Made by a program: the position numbers and the translations under genes
From: Desulfobacterales bacterium
GTDB lineage: Bacteria > Desulfobacterota > Desulfobacteria > Desulfobacterales > UBA5852
Length of the DNA stretch: 64,000 nucleotides
Direction of reading: 5' to 3'
NCBI GenBank assembly: GCA_049366795.1
Contig: JBMNCP010000053.1
Location: 9,675 to 73,674, forward strand
Shown: positions 46,788 through 54,600 of the stretch, piece after piece
Layout: every line of letters begins with the position of its first letter
Position numbering within the stretch: the stretch's first letter is position 1
The notes under the pieces: model-generated
Seen by the model: only the letters and a program-made list of their open reading frames with translations
Database searches by the model: none
What the model was told of the DNA's origin: nothing

Positions 46788-48977
46788 TTAAGGTACGTTG
46801 ACGTTGAGGGTCACGGAAACGTCGTTGGACAGGCCGTAGATCGCGTTGGTATTCAGGTTCTCGATCCTGGCGTTGTAGGTGAAGCTGTCCGTTCCCGTGA
46901 ATCCCGCGTTGGGCGTGTAGGTGAACGATCCGTCGTTGTTCAGCGTCAGGTTCCCGTTGGCCGGAGCCGACACCAGGAACGATCTCAGCGCCTCGACGCC
47001 GAAGACGTAGCCGCCCTTGAGGTCGTTGGTGAGCACCCCCTCGGCGGGCACGTTCAACGCCGTGTCCTGAACCGCATCGTAGCTGTCCGCAACCGCCACG
47101 GGCGCGGCGATGTACAACGGCGTTTCGGTGTCGCTGCCGCCGGCGCTGCTGGTCACGGTCACCGCACCGGGATTGGACGCCACGCCATTCACATCGAGCT
47201 GATAGAAGCCCCCGTTGAGAATGTGCGTGTCTGCGGTAAAATTCACGAAGTCCGTCCCGTTATAGGAAAGCACCGCCGCGGGATCGTCGGTGGTCGCCCA
47301 CAACCGGAGCAGCTGGGACCCCGCCTGATACACCGCCCGCAGAATCGTCACCGTGTCCGTCGTTCCGCCGCCGCCCGTGCCGACGTTGAGGGTCACGGAA
47401 ACGTCGTTGGACAGGCCGTAGATCGCGTTGGTATTCAGGTTCTCGATCCTGGCGTTGTAGGTGAAGCTGTCCGTTCCCGTGAATCCCGCGTTGGGCGTGT
47501 AGGTGAACGATCCGTCGTTGTTCAGCGTCAGGTTCCCGTTGGCCGGAGCCGACACCAGGAACGATCTCAGCGCCTCGACGCCGAAGACGTAGCCGCCCTT
47601 GAGGTCGTTGGTGAGCACCCCCTCGGCGGGCACGTTCAACGCCGTGTCCTGAACCGCATCGTAGCTGTCCGCAACCGCCACGGGCGCGGCGATGTACAAC
47701 GGCGTTTCGGTGTCGCTGCCGCCGGCGCTGCTGGTCACGGTCACCGCACCGGGATTGGACGCCACGCCATTCACATCGAGCTGATAGAAGCCCCCGTTGA
47801 GAATGTGCGTGTCTGCGGTAAAATTCACGAAGTCCGTCCCGTTATAGGAAAGCACCGCCGCGGGATCGTCGGTGGTCGCCCACAACCGGAGCAGCTGGGA
47901 CCCCGCCTGATACACCGCCCGCAGAATCGTCACCGTGTCCGTCGTTCCGCCGCCGCCCGTGCCGACCGGCAGGAGAGCCAGCATGCCGCCCGGGGTGTCG
48001 GCGCCCGCGTTGGTGAGCCTGAGACGACCGTCGTACACTGCCAGGTCGCCTTCCGACGCGGGTTCCAGAATCACATCCATCGTCTTGGCCGGAGCCAGCT
48101 CGAATCCGTAGCGCTCCTGGGGGTAGAGGTAGGGGTTGCCGTCCTCTGCAACGAGGGTCATGTAGTGGCTCGGAACCTGGGGTACATGCGTGATCAGCCC
48201 CGCGTTGACGAACCGCAGCAGCACCCGCTGCCCCGCACCGACCGCCTCCAACGCGGTGTCCGGATAAGCCGCCCCGTTGATCAGGAAATACTGGGGCTCC
48301 CGATGAACGCTGCTGGGGATGTAAGGCCCGCTGGGGCTGGTGGGATTGGCGCCGTACCGCCCGTCGACGATGGCGTCATGGAGTTCGACGTCCATGTCGT
48401 GGAACACGATGGTTCTTTCAATATCGTATGCCTGGCCGGCATATGCCTCCCCGGACGCCGCGTCCTTCTTGACCACGGCGTAAAGCCCCATCTGGACCTG
48501 TCTGGCCGGGTTGGTGCCGCTCTGGTACAGATAGGTGCCCGGTCGGAAGTTGTTCCACGTATAAGTGGCCGTTCCACCGTTCGCGGCCGCCTCGTGCGTG
48601 AAGGACATCACCCGGTCGAGGCCCTCGTCATGGGTGCCGGGGGCTCCTGTGGTGAAAGTCGGCCCGGCGTTGTTGGAAAGTACCTGGCCGAGAATGTGGA
48701 GCGACACCGGCTCGGCCAGATGGTTGGTGAGGTTGATCTGCAGCGTCGGGTCACCGGGCGGAACGGTCAGTTCCGGCCCCGGTACCGAGATGGTGCAGCC
48801 CGCTCCGCTGTCGGTGCCGAAACCCCACACCGGGACGACGGTTCCGTCCGGCATGGTGACGGTACCGGCATCGACGCACAGATCGAATACGGCCGCCGAT
48901 CCGGTCCCGCCTCCGAAAACGAGGAGGAACAGGATCACCAGGCCAATCGTTAGCGAATAATTGCGTCTGCTTCTCAT
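46788..48977 (-). CDS. Two-cupredoxin-domain MCO-like protein lacking Cu ligands, plus two 194-aa modules (subunit C)
   Basis: PGPEL, PGTYLY, MGLY, INGAAYP, LLRFVN scaffold motifs; ligand positions replaced (SLHILG, YQSG, HVPQVP, YDG). Confidence 0.8.
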   Translation of the reverse strand: MRSRRNYSLTIGLVILFLLVFGGGTGSAAVFDLCVDAGTVTMPDGTVVPVWGFGTDSGAGCTISVPGPELTVPPGDPTLQINLTNHLAEPVSLHILGQVLSNNAGPTFTTGAPGTHDEGLDRVMSFTHEAAANGGTATYTWNNFRPGTYLYQSGTNPARQVQMGLYAVVKKDAASGEAYAGQAYDIERTIVFHDMDVELHDAIVDGRYGANPTSPSGPYIPSSVHREPQYFLINGAAYPDTALEAVGAGQRVLLRFVNAGLITHVPQVPSHYMTLVAEDGNPYLYPQERYGFELAPAKTMDVILEPASEGDLAVYDGRLRLTNAGADTPGGMLALLPVGTGGGGTTDTVTILRAVYQAGSQLLRLWATTDDPAAVLSYNGTDFVNFTADTHILNGGFYQLDVNGVASNPGAVTVTSSAGGSDTETPLYIAAPVAVADSYDAVQDTALNVPAEGVLTNDLKGGYVFGVEALRSFLVSAPANGNLTLNNDGSFTYTPNAGFTGTDSFTYNARIENLNTNAIYGLSNDVSVTLNVGTGGGGTTDTVTILRAVYQAGSQLLRLWATTDDPAAVLSYNGTDFVNFTADTHILNGGFYQLDVNGVASNPGAVTVTSSAGGSDTETPLYIAAPVAVADSYDAVQDTALNVPAEGVLTNDLKGGYVFGVEALRSFLVSAPANGNLTLNNDGSFTYTPNAGFTGTDSFTYNARIENLNTNAIYGLSNDVSVTLNVNVP
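46800..47966. repeat. Tandem 582-bp duplication, identical by eye
   Basis: 46800-47384 repeated at 47382-47966; no mismatch seen on reading. Confidence 0.92.
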
Positions 48978-48990
48978 GATCCTTGCCTCC

Positions 48991-50331
48991 TTATGGATTC
49001 TGCGGGTCGATCACCACCGAGGGATGTTCGACGATCATGAAGCTGACCAGTCCACCCGGCCAGATGTCGTTGCTGGTAAGTTCTTTTTCCGTATGGGAAT
49101 GCCACATGTAGAAATAGCCGGCCGTCGCATTGAGCCCCGGGTCTCCGGGTGCCAGATCGCCGGTTCCCCCAAGGAAGGGGCTCCCGGAATAGAACTGGCC
49201 GAAGGTCATGGAGTCGCGATTGGGAAGAATGACCGGGAACGGAATGCCGTGATCCGGGCAGTATTCGTAGGTGACATCGTCGAAATCATCCCCGTCCAGG
49301 TCGTTGCAGTCGTGGGGCTGGTCGCCGTAGATGTCCCAACCCAGCTTTTCGGCGGTCCAGGTCCAGACCACATCCGCCGTCTGCCCCGGAATCGTCTTGA
49401 TGGTCGTTGCTTTCCAGGCCAGGTCCGGCCCCTGTCCCGGCATGCTCTCGAGCAGCCGGCCGTCGACGGCGATGGTGTCGAAATCGTTGCCGTGAAGATG
49501 CAGGGGATGAAGATCCACGCCAGCGCCGATCAGCCGGATCAGGACCTTTTCACCCGGGTGCATCCTCGGCTGGCAGTTGTAGGGCTGCGTGGGCAGCCAT
49601 GGGACGAAGTTCTCCGCCATGAGGTCGGGGAAGTTTCTCCCGTTGATGAACCAGTTGGTGGGAAAATACGTTGTGGTATCCACCGCCTGCCCCAGTTCGA
49701 CCCGGCGGTGCAGGGTGGGGTCCATCTCGGTGATGAGATAGAGAAATTCCCGGTCATAGGCGGACTCCGGGTGGCCGTATGCCGTGGGATTGTCCGGATC
49801 GAAGCCTGCCGGCCGCACGATGATGGCGCCGGTCAGTCCCATCTCGACCTGGAGGTCGGGACGCGTCCCGCTGCGGTAAAGATAGGTGCCGGGTTCCGTG
49901 GCCTCGAAGGTGTAGGTGACCGTGCTGCCGGGAGCGGCTTCCCGGGCGAGGGGGCCCGCGCTGCCGCCTGTCGCGGCGGCCAGGTGGCCCGGGAACACGA
50001 TGGAGGTGGTCACCGACAGGTTGTTGGTCAGATTGACGGCTACGGTGTCACCCTCGTTGACGATCAGGGTCGGGCCCGGGTATTGGGGCGTCCCGAAAGG
50101 GTTCTCGGGATTGACATCCAGATCCTGATACAGCCACATCATGAAGCTGTCTCCGTCGGAGGTCACGATATATTCGGTGCCCGCCGCGAGGTTGAAGGTC
50201 CGAACGCCGGAAGCCAGCGTTCCCGTGATGCCGGGTATCCTGGCGTGGGCCGTCACCACGAAGCCCAGGAGCAAAGCGACGGCCAACCCCGCAACCCATG
50301 TCCTTTTTCTGTTGAATCGTATCGAGCGCAT
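48991..50331 (-). CDS. Two-domain MCO-like protein with T2/T3 His ligands only in domain 2 (subunit B)
   Basis: Signal peptide; domain 1 TSIVFPG/YRSG (no ligands); domain 2 HPLHLHG and WHSH. Confidence 0.85.
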   Translation of the reverse strand: MRSIRFNRKRTWVAGLAVALLLGFVVTAHARIPGITGTLASGVRTFNLAAGTEYIVTSDGDSFMMWLYQDLDVNPENPFGTPQYPGPTLIVNEGDTVAVNLTNNLSVTTSIVFPGHLAAATGGSAGPLAREAAPGSTVTYTFEATEPGTYLYRSGTRPDLQVEMGLTGAIIVRPAGFDPDNPTAYGHPESAYDREFLYLITEMDPTLHRRVELGQAVDTTTYFPTNWFINGRNFPDLMAENFVPWLPTQPYNCQPRMHPGEKVLIRLIGAGVDLHPLHLHGNDFDTIAVDGRLLESMPGQGPDLAWKATTIKTIPGQTADVVWTWTAEKLGWDIYGDQPHDCNDLDGDDFDDVTYEYCPDHGIPFPVILPNRDSMTFGQFYSGSPFLGGTGDLAPGDPGLNATAGYFYMWHSHTEKELTSNDIWPGGLVSFMIVEHPSVVIDPQNP

Positions 50332-50368
50332 GAAAGCCTCCTCGTTTACGTTGCCTGTCATGGATTGA

Positions 50369-51586
50369 TCAGTTGATCCGGATTTCGGTCATGATTCCGC
50401 CGCGTTCCTGGTCCCCGTTGGACAGATTCTCCAGGGTGGTCGCGTAAAGGAAATAAGTGCCGGCCGGAACCCCGGCGGTGTCGAGAATGACGTCATAGTG
50501 CTGCCCGCCCCCCACGTTGAGCACATTGAGGGTCATGGTGGTGTTCTTGCCGTCCGGTCCGCGCAGCAATGCCGCGCCCCGGCCCACCACGATCATGGGT
50601 TTTCCGATGGTGGTGGCGAAGGAGTAGATGTGCGTCGTCGAGATATTGGAGACCCTCAAAAGGATCCGTTCGCCCTGGTTGGCCTCGATGATCGTGGGGG
50701 TGACCTGCGCATCGAACTCCGGATCGTCCTGGTTGCCGATGGCGGCGTTTCGGATGGCGTCCGGGTAGCCGCGCCCGTTGATCATCGAGTAGGTGTCGTG
50801 CATGGCGGCGAATGGAAGCACGCCTACGTTCTCGGAGGCATCGTGGAAATTGGGGTCGAAACCGGTCATGAGAAGCGGGTATTCCCGGTCATAGCCGGTA
50901 GAGCCGTCCCCGTCGTTATAGGCGAACTTGGTATAGGTTCGCCCCTGGTAGTTGATGGAGGTTCCGTCCTGCTGCGGGTAGACCCAAAGGTTGCCGATCA
51001 TGCCCATCTGCATGTGCTCGGCCGCCTCGACGTGGCAGTGGTAGAAGAAAGTGCCCGGCTGCACCGCCTTGTAGTAGTAGGTGAAGCTTGCGCCCATGTT
51101 GGCGGTGGGCGAAGGCTCCGGCAGGCCGTCGAAGATCGGCGCTGCGTTGGGGAACCCGTGCCAGTGAACGGAGTGGGGGTCGAACAGATCCGGCCTGAGC
51201 ACCATGGTGACGTTGGTCATGGTGAGGTAGAGCTCCTGACCCTGGCGAACGGTGATCAGCGGCGCCGGGAGTTCCGCCTTGAGGAACTTGTTGGACATCA
51301 CTTCCTCGAGCGCGGGGCCTCCGGGAGTCAGGGGCTGGTGGTCGTCGGCATTGCCGAAGCTGAAGATGTACATCCGGCGGCCGTCGGCCATGGTGGCATA
51401 TCCATCGCCGCCGGTGATGTGGCGGCACACGATGTCGTTGTTAGGATCGCCGTCGCCGTCCGCGTCGATGCCGTCGACGTCTTCCGGACACTGGACATCG
51501 AGCGCGGCCATGGCCGGCGGAGCGCCGGCCAGGCCCAGCAGCAGCAGGGCGATCAGCAGGATCCTGAGTTGATGTATCGATTTCAT
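50369..51586 (-). CDS. Two-domain MCO-like protein with T1 and T2/T3 ligands only in domain 1 (subunit A)
   Basis: Signal peptide; domain 1 HSVHWHG and YHCHVEAAEHMQMGM; domain 2 IYSFATT/LYATT (no ligands). Confidence 0.87.
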   Translation of the reverse strand: MKSIHQLRILLIALLLLGLAGAPPAMAALDVQCPEDVDGIDADGDGDPNNDIVCRHITGGDGYATMADGRRMYIFSFGNADDHQPLTPGGPALEEVMSNKFLKAELPAPLITVRQGQELYLTMTNVTMVLRPDLFDPHSVHWHGFPNAAPIFDGLPEPSPTANMGASFTYYYKAVQPGTFFYHCHVEAAEHMQMGMIGNLWVYPQQDGTSINYQGRTYTKFAYNDGDGSTGYDREYPLLMTGFDPNFHDASENVGVLPFAAMHDTYSMINGRGYPDAIRNAAIGNQDDPEFDAQVTPTIIEANQGERILLRVSNISTTHIYSFATTIGKPMIVVGRGAALLRGPDGKNTTMTLNVLNVGGGQHYDVILDTAGVPAGTYFLYATTLENLSNGDQERGGIMTEIRIN

Positions 51587-51620
51587 CGCCGTCCTCCTCA
51601 TGGGTAAGATCTTCGAGAGG

Positions 51621-51646
51621 CCCGCCGGCCTGTCTCGGCCGGCGGG
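51621..51646 (-). other. Intergenic GC-rich hairpin
   Basis: CCCGCCGGCC-TGTCTC-GGCCGGCGGG perfect 10-bp stem, no U-tract. Confidence 0.5.
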
Positions 51647-51660
51647 ACGATGAGGATCTT

Positions 51661-54600
51661 TCAGTTCACGAATTCATCCGCGCCGATGTCCGCCGAACCT
51701 CCAAAGGGGCGGGGATCATCGTCGAAGTCCAGGGACAATACGGCAGGCCCGACAGCGCCAGCCGCGTCCACCGCCAGCGATCCGCCCAGGATGTGGTAAT
51801 CCCCTTCGGGCGTCAGCGGTGTGAAGCGGATGTCGATGAAGTTGCCGCCTTCATCCGTGGCCGCTGCCGTCAGCGGCGTGGAGTCTTCGGGCATAGCCGT
51901 CAGCCCGCTGCTTCCGTTGAAGTACGGAATTTCAAAGAGCTGAGCGGGGTTCACAGGTCCCTCGACATTGGATCCATGGTAGCCCGTGGTGTCCGTGAGC
52001 AGGGAGAAGCGCGGATTCAGGATCTCGGCTGCCGGTGTGTCCAGCACGCCCAGATCGCTGATCCCGCTGTAGATCAGGCTGCCCACCCCGAGGGGATCGA
52101 TGGACCAGTAGAACGCGCGGTTGTTGTAGATGATGTTGTTTCGGAGCAAACGCGGCTGGGAGAATCCCAGTGCGTCGGGCCGGGTCAGCACGGCCGCCAG
52201 CGCCGGCGTATGGGCCCTGGACACGAGACCGGCCCCGGGTTGGGGGGTGGACATGGTGGAGCCGTCCGGACTCACCTCGTCGATCAGCGCACCGATGGTG
52301 GCTGTGCTGTCGTTGTGGGCGAAGGTGTTGCTCAGGATCCGGACCCGGGTGGCGTCCTTGAGCGAGATGCCGCCGCCGGCGGCGCCGCTCACGTTGTTCA
52401 CGACGATGTTGTTGAACACGTCGACCTGGTACCAACCGTTCAACCCCTCCGGCTGCCCGGCCACATCCTGACCGTTCACGAAGGCCAGACGAATGCCGCC
52501 GCCGTCGCCGGCTCCGGACACATTGCCCTGGATGAGGTTGGAGAGGATGGTCACGGTTCCCGAACCTTCGGTAAGCCCGCCGGGAACCTGCGCGCCTTCG
52601 ATGGCGATACCGCCGCCGCCGATGTCCATGGGCATCTGGTTGAAGGACTGGTTGAAGAGGATCTTGTTGTCCTCGATCAACCCCTGGTTACTCAAGCCGA
52701 TGTGGCCGATGCCGCCGCCGGATCCGGTCGAGAAGTTGCCGCAGATGTAATTTTCGACGACCCGGTACCGGTCCGCGCCGGTGTAGAGCGCCACGCCGCC
52801 CGGAGAACCGGTGGGGCTTCCGTTCTGGGAGATCCAGTTGTTGTGGATATAGACGAAGTCATTGAAGGCATCCTCCGCACCGTCGGCCAGGAAGGGGTGC
52901 CCCACCTGGATGCCGCCGCCGGAATGGCCCTCGTTTCCGAAGATCTTCATGTTGCTGACTTCCAGATATCGGGCGTAGCCGTTCACGACGATGCCGCCGC
53001 CGATATCCGCGCCCGTGATGGACAATCCGTCGATCCGGGCATTGGGATTCGATCCGAATCCGCCGTTGGCCGGAGTTCTGTTGAGCGCCAGCACGGTGAT
53101 GCCCGCCCCTTCTGCGGTGGTCAGCAGACCGGGTTCGTTGTTGGCGGGGTCGAACGCGGCATTCTGGCCCGGAAGGAGATCGGCCAGCCGGTTGGGACCG
53201 GGTACCGCAGGATCGACGGTGGGAATGCCGGCGGCGGTATGCGGAATGTCGAGAACGTCCAGAATCTTGTTCCGCCAATTCTGAAGCTTCTCACCCGGTC
53301 GCTTCACGGCATTGATGATGGTAGAGTGGGGACCCCAGCCTTGAAGCTGGACCGGTTTGTACATGATCACCAGCTCCTCGTAGACGCCCGGGGCGACCAG
53401 GATGAGATCTCCGGGTTGGGCCAGGTCAATGGCATCCTGGATGGGCGTGGCGCCGGGAGTGGTATTCGGGGTGACCGACCAGACATTGCGGCCGCCAGGC
53501 AGCCCTGCCGCATAGGAATCGACAACGGTGACCGTCACACCAAACGGCGAGGTGACCGGTTCAGGTACGCCAAATTCCCTGGTGACGTATAGTTGATAGG
53601 TTCCCGCGGAAGTGCCGGCAGGAACAGTGGCTCTGATGCTGCCTCCTGACCACTGTGCGATCTGGAGTGGAACGACATTCCCGGAGCCGTCGACCATCTC
53701 GACAGATCCAGGCGTCTGGCCGAAGAAGTAATTGCGTTGGCCGTAAGGCGTATTGATGAACCCAACCGACTGGATCAGCAACTGGCTGCCAGCCTGCACA
53801 TACGGTCCTCCACCAACGCCGTTGCCGGTTGCATTCACAACAGAGATCATAGGCGTCTGGTTGGGATACTCGCAGTCCAGCGGTGACTGGTTCGCCCCGG
53901 CGAAAGCGGCGATGGGCAGCACCGGCGTATCCAGGTAGGTGGTGGCGCCCGGCATGTACTGGAAAGTGTAGCAGAACTGCGTGTATTGGGACCTGTAATT
54001 CGGATCGACGATAAATTCAGGTGCTCCCGGGTTTGTGACCGGATCGTAGTCCGGGTTGGGGATCGGGCCCGGATCGTTCATGCAGGCGATCAGCATGTTG
54101 GGTCCCATGCCGCTGGGGCTGGACACGTTGGCCGTGAAGGTGGAAGGCACGAGGACGTTGTACGTGCCGTACTCATCGGAGTAGACGCGCGCGACCTCTT
54201 TTCCGTTGTAGTCGTAGAAGGCTACCGGCAGCCAGGGCGGCGCGAATTTCTCCCCGAAGTTGGGATTGGCCGGGTCGAACTCGTTGGCCAGGTCGTCCAG
54301 GATAAAACCCTTGACATGGGCCGAGACCGGGGCGTCCGTGAACAGGAAGAATTCGGCCGGCACATTGGCGCGGGCCGGCAGGACCACCTGCTTCTGATCG
54401 CAGGTCCTCAGATCGGCTCCCGCATTGACCGGGGCCGGAAAATCCGGATCCGCGGCATCGCTGAACAGCGAGTATTCCGCCGGAACCGTGTACTCCTCAC
54501 CCACACAGATCGCCGGAATGGCCTGGGGGCTCGGGATGTATTCCTCGCCGAAGTCGACGTTCTTGTCCTGGGCGCGGACGATCTTGTAACCCGTGGGCGG

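Noticed and set aside
46800-47966. CRISPR array or mobile-element repeat
   Set aside because: The repeats are in-frame 582-bp coding modules without spacers; no cas or transposase gene was recognised in the window.
50369-51586. Copper nitrite reductase (NirK) assignment for MCO subunit A
   Set aside because: It has HSVHWHG/HCH (laccase-type) rather than HNIDFH/HCA, and lacks the domain-2 His ligands.
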